Below are positions 11,601-18,040 of a DNA stretch of 20,000 nt, piece by piece. How positions within the stretch are numbered: the first letter of the stretch is position 1; the number at the start of each line of letters is the position of its first letter. Source of the stretch: an uncultured virus (IMG/VR IMGVR_UViG_3300022198_000011) (lineage: Duplodnaviria > Heunggongvirae > Uroviricota > Caudoviricetes); IMG/VR virus record IMGVR_UViG_3300022198_000011. One strand, given 5' to 3'. The translations under genes were made by a program, and so were the position numbers. The notes under the pieces are model-generated. The model saw only the letters and a list, made by a program, of their open reading frames with translations, was not told the DNA's origin and made no database searches.

Positions 11601-11674
11601 CAGTAGCCGAAGCGTTAGACAGGATAGCGGCTTGGGCAAACAATCCGGTTTACACGCCGGGACCAATTCCTTGA
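8630..11674 (+). CDS. Tail fibre / receptor-binding protein (1014 aa)
   Basis: GAGGTGA SD. Fibre-type motifs: KLxGIxxGA (3 copies), VNADWNA..GDAEILNKP, VSSVFGRTGAV, RLGLGTASP..LHI, RIGIGTISPSQKLHVDG and C-terminal TVAEALDRI. It is the last gene of the structural block. Confidence 0.8.
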   Translation: MTMTTDNPLSGHTDGANDGLTDGSHILSPSLTNLYEGVHGNGILLPHDTAYDDNDRNDPPDLPGAISAGAGANQFVVKACDVILDGILYAIGGGSDITVTLTSTTAEKLGSFVALNSGEECLFVVVATADGLKITQTVNITTAAGAYPSISGTAASYLTTGSGAGDNRQTIVLGTVRAVNAGGATTGDLNIESLSEYNDKRVFVRPSPLYFSPVRDGTISATTGINSHTALQTVHTGQPATFGDNGIVWQSFNSDGESMLYYSAKDGSNRHTHLLGPTNIDVSSPSTNQTFTFDGNRVFVLTASSGITLNPSGTFPPGHTVFVSVPSGSTVTFDSTGLNQAITAGNALMFAYDGTNWKRVLFSSTVATTSSGTSGLVQLSDGAGGFTSDSTLSYDTAANELTVNGKLTVTGLIDPTGLVVDEKADTAATGHTSVAGKGLYWVKNETPNRPMFTNNANAEKKVIIEGDNISELNNDAGFVDAAGAAAAAATDLAYDAASKTVSSSTGTNATLTEVVAGGNSGLMTGAQATKLDGIEVGATADQTAGEIKTAYESNADTNAFTDAEQTKLAGIATGAEVNVNADWNAVSGDAEILNKPTDVTDLSTHSVTELNDVTNAGSGAIITSAERTKLTGIETGATADQNADEVPVATHSPTNYTATTADVEAHLVGIDNALASAGSVSSVFGRTGAVVATSGDYDDGEITAAASATNYTPTASTVEGHLAGIDTALGSVGTPSGAAGAIQFSDGVAFASDNANLHFDNANNRLGLGTASPQVALHISKNSLDEILRIESTDPTPGSNSAPDVIIKSAKQTTNDYLGSLWWYGNNDGANPEPYGRIGMVLDDPTGGAESGAMFIQSDVEGTLRTMMYLEGYTTGGTGQVVTNYNAKNINFRTLNLGTGDGGPGGYGIAHEASTGRIGIGTISPSQKLHVDGTIRQTNATNAVLVADSNGDLVAASNLTDTAYSTTDTTDAAADVYAANPAYWAGPPPTTVAEALDRIAAWANNPVYTPGPIP
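10214..10552 (+). repeat. Three degenerate coding repeats TKLxGIxxGA(TADQ) in the tail fibre
   Basis: TKLDGIEVGATADQ (10214), TKLAGIATGA (10325) and TKLTGIETGATADQ (10511). Confidence 0.85.
10589..10828 (+). repeat. Direct coding repeat of about 25 aa, 165 nt apart
   Basis: TNYTATTADVEAHLVGIDNALASAG versus TNYTPTASTVEGHLAGIDTALGSVG. The DNA core cacctt-g(t/c)t-ggaattgaca is shared. Confidence 0.85.
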
Positions 11675-11682
11675 TGTGATAG

Positions 11683-11850
11683 TTAATGCTTGAAGGCACT
11701 GTCAACCCATAGGTGACCGCAGGCCCTACAGCACCACAGGCTGACCCGCTCTTTGTCACCGTCAAGAAACCGGGCTTGCAGACGACGAGGGATGTGCTCG
11801 TGCTCGCAGCGACGGCACTTGACTTTCATCTTGTCAAGCAGCCGACCCAT
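11683..11850 (-). CDS. Small zinc-ribbon protein (55 aa)
   Basis: MGRLLDKMKVKCRRCEH...WCCRACGHLW has two CxxC knuckles. The ATG at 11850 overlaps the upstream stop (TAATG) and is preferred to the TTG at 11874. Confidence 0.75.
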   Translation of the reverse strand: MGRLLDKMKVKCRRCEHEHIPRRLQARFLDGDKERVSLWCCRACGHLWVDSAFKH

Positions 11851-11945
11851 TATTCTTCCTCGCTCTCCCAGCAATCAAGGCACCACTCGCCATCTACAAG
11901 ATGTATTTGTAGGCAAGAGCGCTGACATGCGATGCAAGTAGCCAC
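11850..11945 (-). CDS. 31-aa zinc-finger microprotein (not in ORF track)
   Basis: Hand translation: MATCIACQRSCLQIHLVDGEWCLDCWESEEE*. The GTG immediately follows the thermosome TAA, GGTGA lies 4 nt upstream, and the stop overlaps the next ATG. It fills the gap between the two genes exactly. Confidence 0.7.
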   Translation of the reverse strand: MATCIACQRSCLQIHLVDGEWCLDCWESEEE

Positions 11946-13421
11946 TTACTCACCACGCCGACCAATGATGTCGTCGATGCGTAGGATGGCTGTCGTGACC
12001 TCAGTAGCGCTCGTGATAGCGCTGCGGATGAGCGACATCGGTTCAAAGACCTGAGACTCACCCATGTCCATGATACCGCCAGTCTCCACATTGGGCCCGA
12101 AGGGCAGTCCAGCGTGGCGCATAGCGAGCACAGTGTCCAGTGCATCATGACCAGCGTTTTCAGCGATGGTGCCGGGGATAGCCTCCAGTGCGTCAGCGTA
12201 GGCTTCAATCGCCATCTGAGCACGACCACCCACCTCAGCAGCACGGCTCCTCAAGCAAGAGGCCAGTGCGAGGTAAGTTGCACCTCCACCGTAGCAGACG
12301 CTGTCGCCGTTGGCCACGAGGGACACGACGCCCAATGCGTCGTCAAAGCCACGCTGAACCTCGTCCAGCGTCGACTGCGTTGCGCCAAACAGCACCAGTG
12401 TAGCCTCGCTTGAGGCGAGGTTGTTGCTGACGAAGAGGTAGTCGACATCGTTGTAGCGGCGACGGTCGATGAGAGCCTCGCACAATTCCATGTCGCTCTC
12501 GGGCGTGTGGTAAGCGTTGACACCGAACTCGTTGCAGAGACGCTTCATGGTGCTCGGGGGCACACGGCGGCAGACAAAGACACCACGCTTGTGTAGATAT
12601 TGCACGACCGTATCGTGCACCCCGTCGCGAACGAAGACGACTCGGGCACCTGAGGCTTCGATATGCTTGGCTGCTTCCAGCAGTTCCTCACGCCCTGCAT
12701 TCTTCAGCGTGCTGTAGGACGAAGCGTCCACCTGCACTTGCACATTCCCGTCTTGCTTCTGCTCCTCCAGCCCACTGTTGACCAGCAGGATGGGCGTAAC
12801 GGCGTTCTCGAAGTCACCATCAGCCGTAACGAAGTCCTTGTTGACCACGACGCCCTCGAAAAGATAGGAGTCATTGAGCGAGCCACCGGGCGCAGCGAGC
12901 ACACGGACATCGGAAGCATCGCCGACAGCACGGATGGTGTCGACGCAGAGTTGAGCAACGCGGTCTTCGGATGCTTCCAATGACTTTCCTGTGATGGCTG
13001 TGCGTGCGATGGCTTGCAGTGAGCGCTCACCATCAACTGAGAGTTTCGGAAGTTCTTCAAGCACCATCGCCTGAGCCTTGGTGTAACCCTTGTTGACGAC
13101 ATTGGGGTGAAGGCCCTTGTCGAATAGACCCTCGGCGTTGCTTAGCAGTTGACCTGCGAGCACCACGCTGCTGGTGGTTCCGTCGTAGCAGTTCGTTTCT
13201 TGGACCTTGGACACCTCGACAATCATCTTCGCCGCAGGGTGGGCGCTATCCAATTCACGGAGAATGGTTGCTCCGTCGTTGGTGACGATGACATTTCCGC
13301 CACCGTCAACCATCATTTTGTCCATACCCATCGGACCAAGCGTGGTGCGGACAGTGCCGACGATGCGCTTGACAGCCTCGATGTTCAGTCGTTGTGCGTT
13401 GTGATTTTTGTTTTCAGTCAT
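11946..13421 (-). CDS. ths: Group II chaperonin (thermosome subunit), 491 aa
   Basis: Motifs TLGPMGMDKM, TNDGATIL, HPAAKM, YDGTTS (GDGTT-like), GLHP, DDAL, YGGGA, LEAIPGTIAENAG, VFEP and ILRIDDII. GAGGTGA SD and ATGA overlap. Confidence 0.95.
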   Translation of the reverse strand: MTENKNHNAQRLNIEAVKRIVGTVRTTLGPMGMDKMMVDGGGNVIVTNDGATILRELDSAHPAAKMIVEVSKVQETNCYDGTTSSVVLAGQLLSNAEGLFDKGLHPNVVNKGYTKAQAMVLEELPKLSVDGERSLQAIARTAITGKSLEASEDRVAQLCVDTIRAVGDASDVRVLAAPGGSLNDSYLFEGVVVNKDFVTADGDFENAVTPILLVNSGLEEQKQDGNVQVQVDASSYSTLKNAGREELLEAAKHIEASGARVVFVRDGVHDTVVQYLHKRGVFVCRRVPPSTMKRLCNEFGVNAYHTPESDMELCEALIDRRRYNDVDYLFVSNNLASSEATLVLFGATQSTLDEVQRGFDDALGVVSLVANGDSVCYGGGATYLALASCLRSRAAEVGGRAQMAIEAYADALEAIPGTIAENAGHDALDTVLAMRHAGLPFGPNVETGGIMDMGESQVFEPMSLIRSAITSATEVTTAILRIDDIIGRRGE

Positions 13422-14026
13422 TCCCAGTTCACCTCAATTTCAACAATTGACCCGTCCTCCAACGAGCGGCTTTTCACCACTCCATTCTCACGACCGTGTT
13501 GGTAGAGGTCGTAGGTCAATTGAGCGTCTTTCAAGCAGTATTCAGCCACCTCAAGGTAGCGGCCTGCTCGCCATGCTTCAGGGGCATCGGCACTTGTCAT
13601 GCTCTTACCGATGTCCAGTGTGTTACGGGCCAGCATCTCAAGGCTGGTAGCGATGTCCTTGCCGCCAGCGGCCTTGCTGACGAGTAGTTTGGTGTCAATG
13701 ACACTCTCAGACTTGCTCATCAGGTCGCCTGCTGTCCAGCAGTCCAGTGCTGCGTTGAGCACTGGGAGGTCGAACTTCTTGATGTTGTGACCGAGCACGA
13801 CGCCTCCAGCGTCAATGTGCTTTTGCAGGTGGTCGCCCAGCGTGCGTGGGTGAAGGTCGTGCACCTTGGCGGTAGCCATGTCAATGCTCTGTTTGCTGAA
13901 GACATCGCCGTTGGCTCCGTCCCATGTAGCGACAACGGTAGGCTCGAACAAGGCGTGCTTGTCCCAACCTCCAATCTCATACGAGTAGTTACCCGTCTCG
14001 ATGTCAAGGGCCATTATTTCAGTCAT
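13418..14026 (-). CDS. Stand-alone DEDD 3'-5' exonuclease (RNase H-like fold), 202 aa
   Basis: ExoI LDIETG, ExoII GHNIKKFDLPVL and ExoIII YCLKD (DEDDy-type). ATGA overlaps at both ends. Confidence 0.88.
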   Translation of the reverse strand: MTEIMALDIETGNYSYEIGGWDKHALFEPTVVATWDGANGDVFSKQSIDMATAKVHDLHPRTLGDHLQKHIDAGGVVLGHNIKKFDLPVLNAALDCWTAGDLMSKSESVIDTKLLVSKAAGGKDIATSLEMLARNTLDIGKSMTSADAPEAWRAGRYLEVAEYCLKDAQLTYDLYQHGRENGVVKSRSLEDGSIVEIEVNWE

Positions 14027-15429
14027 GCCTCGGCCTCCTTCAAGCGGAGGTAGACGGTCGCCCCATCCTTTGCTGCGTTGAACATGTGTGCTGCCCAGTC
14101 GTTGAACTTCTTGAAACCAGTGGCTCGGGTGATGTGGAGGTTGGTGCAGTATTGCTGGATGACTGCTGACTTCTTACGCCAGCCGTCGCCACGCTTGTCA
14201 AGTTCAACAGCGGAGACAGAGTTGAACGCAGCCATCCAGTCCTTCTTGTGCTGCTCCTTCTCAACCTTCTTTGCACCGACTTCGACCTCACCCTCAAGCC
14301 ACTGAATGAGGTTCTTGAACAAGTCGTAGAGGATGTCTTTCGCCATGTCAAGGTGCTCACCCGTGATGACCCACGACTCATCCATCATGGCGAGGTGCGT
14401 GGCGAGGATGACAGAGTAGTTCTCCATGGCGGGAACAAAGGATGCGACGACATCGGCGATGGCGAAGTTCAAGTCTTTGAGTAGACTGTAGAAGTCATCC
14501 ACGACATCGTAGGACGCTGCGTAAAACGACTCATCAGCCGTGAACATCTCGTGCATGCAGGACTGAACGAGGTCCTCCTGCTCCTCACGAGTGCAGTTGT
14601 CCCACTCATTCTTCGTGGTCCCCGTTAGGTCAAGCACACGGTAGCGGAGGCGAGTCTCAAGCCCTCGGAAGTAATCGACGATGTCCTTGTAAGAAACAAC
14701 GGTGTCCTCACCCTGCGTGAAAGCCCGGTTCATCCGAATCTGTGAAACCTGTTGGCGACGGTCCATGTCCCAATGGGACCAGTAAAGCAACACACGCTGG
14801 AAGATACCCTTGGTCAGCACATACTCCTTCACGCCCTTGGGCGGGTAGGTGGTAATCCACAGCGAGGCCAGCGACTCCGTTTCGATACGGCGACCACTCA
14901 GGTGCTTCACGAGGATGTTGCTGTTGCTCCCGATGGGGTTACAGGCGGACTGCAGGTAAAGCACCGTCTCTTGGCTGTGCTTACCGGGGTTGAGGATGAT
15001 GGACCCCTCGTCAAAGTTGAGAGCCTTGCGTCCACCGAGCATGCCGTCGGTCTGCACAGTAATCTGCTCTTTCTTACCCTCGTCGTTGACGACTGTTTCA
15101 GTGGTCACACCACCGATGAGCCCGGCGTCCGAACCACTGGTGTATGCGTCGTAGGCGATGTCACAATCTTTCAGGACATCCCCGACAAACTCCCAAGCGA
15201 TGGACTTGCCCGTCCTTGAGGGTTGAATCCAAAAGCAGTGAACACGGGGGTCAAGGTGAGTGTTACCCCACGGGATGCGCACATAGGGTGCAGCCACCTG
15301 CCCTTGAATGAAAAAGAAAGACAGCATGGCTGGGATGTCGTTGTCAATACTGACTTCCCCAAACTGGTCTACATACCCTCGGAAGAAGTCGAACTTTTTC
15401 ACTGCTTGATAATCCACGGCTCGTCGCAT
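14023..15429 (-). CDS. MCM-related AAA+ ATPase / putative helicase, 468 aa
   Basis: Walker A variant QPSRTGKS, SGSDAGLIGG (compare MCM GSSAAGLTA), Walker B LNFDEG, candidate Arg finger GIFQRV and a possible C-terminal winged helix. GGTGAGGT SD. Confidence 0.7.
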   Translation of the reverse strand: MRRAVDYQAVKKFDFFRGYVDQFGEVSIDNDIPAMLSFFFIQGQVAAPYVRIPWGNTHLDPRVHCFWIQPSRTGKSIAWEFVGDVLKDCDIAYDAYTSGSDAGLIGGVTTETVVNDEGKKEQITVQTDGMLGGRKALNFDEGSIILNPGKHSQETVLYLQSACNPIGSNSNILVKHLSGRRIETESLASLWITTYPPKGVKEYVLTKGIFQRVLLYWSHWDMDRRQQVSQIRMNRAFTQGEDTVVSYKDIVDYFRGLETRLRYRVLDLTGTTKNEWDNCTREEQEDLVQSCMHEMFTADESFYAASYDVVDDFYSLLKDLNFAIADVVASFVPAMENYSVILATHLAMMDESWVITGEHLDMAKDILYDLFKNLIQWLEGEVEVGAKKVEKEQHKKDWMAAFNSVSAVELDKRGDGWRKKSAVIQQYCTNLHITRATGFKKFNDWAAHMFNAAKDGATVYLRLKEAEA

Positions 15430-15516
15430 AATTCTACCTCACCAACTACCTCTACTTAAACTATACGAAAGGCAAGACAACCGAGACATTTGACAAATAT
15501 GATGCTGCATTATAAC
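15430..15516 (-). promoter_or_regulatory. AT-rich intergenic region with archaeal TATA-like box, SD and imperfect palindromes
   Basis: The only sizeable non-coding gap in the window. The minus strand has TTTAAGTA (15460-15453), 24-31 nt upstream of the ATG, and a GGTGAGGT SD. Palindromes are ATTTG-A-CAAAT (15488-15498) and TATGATGC-T-GCATTATA (15498-15514). Confidence 0.55.
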
Positions 15517-16215
15517 CTACCGTCGGACAGTGCGTTGAATGTGCACCGGGTCTTCACTGGTGAGAACATCAAGAATCATCTTGCGTCGCTGCTCACCGAG
15601 CCCCTTGACTTGCTTCAGTGCCTCGGGGAACATCATCTCCTCAATGTTCCCACACTTCTCAAGGAGGCGGTCGACAAGGTCGGGTCCGATGCCGGGGATA
15701 GCGAGCAAGACATCCTTCCTGACATCATTGGTTGATACTCGACGCACGGCTTTCGCTCCGTGGCTGCTGGCTGGCTTGTGCAACTTGTCATGGAGTTTAA
15801 CGACAAACAGCGCAGCCTCGCTGACATTGGGCGTGTAGAACACCTGACAGTCAAAGTCAGCCATGATGCGAGCGATGGTGCCGGTGAGTTCACTCTGCAC
15901 TCGACTGTGCGTCAGGCGCTTACCGTTCTTGCTGCCCATGGCGACATGCTTCGCTACGCTCCCGTGCACAAGCAGGAAGAAGCGTTCGTAGTTGGCGTCC
16001 ATGTTCTCCAGTTGTCGCCATAGGTGACCTGAATGGCTGGACTGAAACAGGTCGCCGATGCTCTTGGCTTCAACGCACGCTGCGCCGAGTAAGTAATCAC
16101 CTACCACGAGAGACTGACGGACGACGGCCAACCCTGACTTCTGCGCCTTACGCAGAATGGAGTCGCAGAGCGGTCCTCGCTCGTTGCTGTCAATGATGAG
16201 GTCGGGCTTAGGCAT
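15517..16215 (-). CDS. XPF/ERCC4-family structure-specific endonuclease with tandem HhH, 232 aa
   Basis: IIDSNE, VGDYL and VEAKSIGDLFQS (ERKxxxD-like), then HhH motifs IPGIGP and VKGLGE. There is no helicase domain. Confidence 0.9.
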   Translation of the reverse strand: MPKPDLIIDSNERGPLCDSILRKAQKSGLAVVRQSLVVGDYLLGAACVEAKSIGDLFQSSHSGHLWRQLENMDANYERFFLLVHGSVAKHVAMGSKNGKRLTHSRVQSELTGTIARIMADFDCQVFYTPNVSEAALFVVKLHDKLHKPASSHGAKAVRRVSTNDVRKDVLLAIPGIGPDLVDRLLEKCGNIEEMMFPEALKQVKGLGEQRRKMILDVLTSEDPVHIQRTVRR

Positions 16216-16606
16216 TGTTCCTTTCCTCCTCTTTCTTTTTTATGTAGCAAGCGCTGCACGGACGCTTCTCATTTGTGAAGATGATAGTTTGGTTGCAGCC
16301 CTTACACGGTGTGGCGGTGGGTAGAGAAGCAGCCAGTTCAACTCCAATTGGACTGAGGATGTATGTATTGACATCCCAGCAGTCGCTGCTTCCTACGGTT
16401 TTGGCTGACTTCACCTTCCCGAAGATTTCAAAGGCCTCGTCTTTACTGAGGATGTTGCTCAGGACAACGGTTGAAATGCCGTGTTTCCATTGAACTGTAT
16501 AGTCAATAATCTCGTGGTGGGAGAGTGGTCTGTCAACCATGTCCAGCAATTGAATCAGGCGATTCTTGTAGCGAGTCCTCCTCGATGAACCTACTGTCCT
16601 CTTCAT
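16208..16606 (-). CDS. Winged-helix-like DNA-binding protein with C-terminal Zn finger (132 aa)
   Basis: Start reassigned to ATG 16606 (TGATG overlap with the primase stop, GGAGG upstream). LIQLL..DRPLSHHEII...STVVLSNILSKDEAF is wHTH-like, followed by CKGC...CSAC. Confidence 0.6.
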   Translation of the reverse strand: MKRTVGSSRRTRYKNRLIQLLDMVDRPLSHHEIIDYTVQWKHGISTVVLSNILSKDEAFEIFGKVKSAKTVGSSDCWDVNTYILSPIGVELAASLPTATPCKGCNQTIIFTNEKRPCSACYIKKKEEERNNA

Positions 16607-17712
16607 CACACTTCCTCCATGATACTCCCATCGTAGTAACGACATCGGCCCACGCAGAAACCATCTCGTTCGATGGTGGAGCAGCGGGGTGCGTCCAATC
16701 CACACTTGCCTTCGCCGCCGTAAATGATGCTTTCGACTTGCATTTTTGTCATGTCTTCCTTGAAGTCTACCCAGCCCTGCTTCTCGATAATTTCACACAG
16801 GCGTTGAACATGCTCCGCACGGTCTTCGTTGCTGACAGCCTCAGGTCGGAAGAACCAGCGCATGCGTGCTGCAAGGTAAGAAGCGAGGTGCAGACGGTGA
16901 CGGTGTGTTGGGTTACCGACTCCAAGAGCGGGGGAGAGACAGGGGAGCACGACGATGTCGTCAAGCGTGACATCGGGCAGGTGCTCTACTCGCTCAACCT
17001 TACGCTTGAAGAAGTTCTTGCGCTCGGGCAAGGTGATTTCAGCGCCCTTGCTACCGTGCTCGATGTAACCGGGGCGAGGGTCTTGAGCGAGTTCCATCAG
17101 ACCGTCGTGGTCCAGTTCAAGAATCTCCTTGCTCAAGAGGGGAATACTCCAACAACCACGGCGTGCGTTGTAGGAGTTGGGAATGCGAATCATGCCGCTC
17201 GTGTCGAAAGCGACAGCAGGGTCGTTACATCCGAGGTCCAACTTGCGATGCCAGTAAGACATCAGGTTGCGACCACCCTCTTTGATGCGGCGGACTTCTT
17301 GAGGAGAGGTCGGCATGTAGGTTTCAGAGAGGGGCACCCACAGGTGGAATCCACCGCCGCTGAACCACACGAAGTGGCGAATGTCTTCACTCAGCAGGAA
17401 ACGATGTAGCCTTTTAACCTGCTCGTGCATGTAGGAGAACGGGACCTCAGCGCCACGCTGTTTGAAGTCCTTGCAGTCAAAGTCCATGATGAAGTGATGG
17501 ATGACTGGCGTGTCGTAGTCGACTCGATGGTTGCGAGGCGGCTTGGTAGCACGATAGCCGTAGGCCGTAAAGTAGGCGTTACCGCTACCGTTCTTGCCCT
17601 TCCAGTATCGTTCCAACTCATCCCATGAACGAACGATGAATCGTCCACCCTGCATCCCGTTGGAGCCAATCTCCAGCACTTCCCGTGGGAAGTCCAAGCG
17701 AATGAAGCCCAT
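16606..17712 (-). CDS. Archaeo-eukaryotic primase, PriS catalytic domain fused to a PriL C-terminal Fe-S-like domain (368 aa)
   Basis: AEP motifs MDFD, FSGGGFHLW and GMIRIPNSYN. The C-terminal LPCL...HRHRLHLASYL...PRCSTIERDGFCVGRC matches the PriL-CTD cysteine pattern. Start reassigned to ATG 17712 (GGTGA 4 nt upstream). Confidence 0.88.
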   Translation of the reverse strand: MGFIRLDFPREVLEIGSNGMQGGRFIVRSWDELERYWKGKNGSGNAYFTAYGYRATKPPRNHRVDYDTPVIHHFIMDFDCKDFKQRGAEVPFSYMHEQVKRLHRFLLSEDIRHFVWFSGGGFHLWVPLSETYMPTSPQEVRRIKEGGRNLMSYWHRKLDLGCNDPAVAFDTSGMIRIPNSYNARRGCWSIPLLSKEILELDHDGLMELAQDPRPGYIEHGSKGAEITLPERKNFFKRKVERVEHLPDVTLDDIVVLPCLSPALGVGNPTHRHRLHLASYLAARMRWFFRPEAVSNEDRAEHVQRLCEIIEKQGWVDFKEDMTKMQVESIIYGGEGKCGLDAPRCSTIERDGFCVGRCRYYDGSIMEEV

Positions 17713-17716
17713 GGGC

Positions 17717-18040
17717 TCACCAGTCTTGTCTCGGATAATTGGTCTTGATAAGCGCCAAGATGTGCTCCAGCGTGTCACGCAAGCACTCAGAATCCAAGGC
17801 TTGCGGGTGCACCGTGAGGTGGAACTCGTAGTTCTTTGCCGGTGGTGGTAGAGGGATTTCTTCACCCAAGTCACCGAACTCATCAAGCGTGGTCTGCCTC
17901 ATGGCGTGGGAGCCAACGAGAAGGAACTTCCCGTTCTTCGGCAACCCAATGCGCAGCGTGAAGCCGTCATGCGGCCGTCGCTCACGCAGCAGTTCTTCCA
18001 ATTCATTCATCTGTATTCTCAAGGTTTCCCTATTAATCAT
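17717..18040 (-). CDS. Hypothetical protein with PCNA-interacting (PIP-box-like) motif, about 107 aa
   Basis: Fills the gap between the Cas4-like gene and the primase. The ATG at 18040 overlaps the upstream stop (alternative start 18049). Contains RQTTLDEFG. Confidence 0.65.
   Translation of the reverse strand: MINRETLRIQMNELEELLRERRPHDGFTLRIGLPKNGKFLLVGSHAMRQTTLDEFGDLGEEIPLPPPAKNYEFHLTVHPQALDSECLRDTLEHILALIKTNYPRQDW

Noticed and set aside
11894..12244. 116-aa - strand ORF overlapping the thermosome 3' end (possible frameshift extension)
   Set aside because: The thermosome ends normally after ILRIDDII, no slippery site is seen, and the downstream gap is better explained by the 31-aa Zn-finger gene.
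13418..14026. Fragmented DNA polymerase B pseudogene
   Set aside because: The gene is intact with coupled start and stop, and no polymerase motifs are seen in adjacent frames.
16607..16705. N-terminal extension of the 165-aa ORF
   Set aside because: It overlaps the primase Cys-rich C-terminus. The TGATG coupling supports a start at 16606.
16525..17409. 294-aa + strand ORF antisense to the primase
   Set aside because: Shadow ORF: no motifs or SD, and explained by codon bias of the primase on the opposite strand.
17713..17886. 58-aa N-terminal extension of the primase
   Set aside because: It overlaps the PIP-box gene. The GGTGA SD supports ATG 17712.
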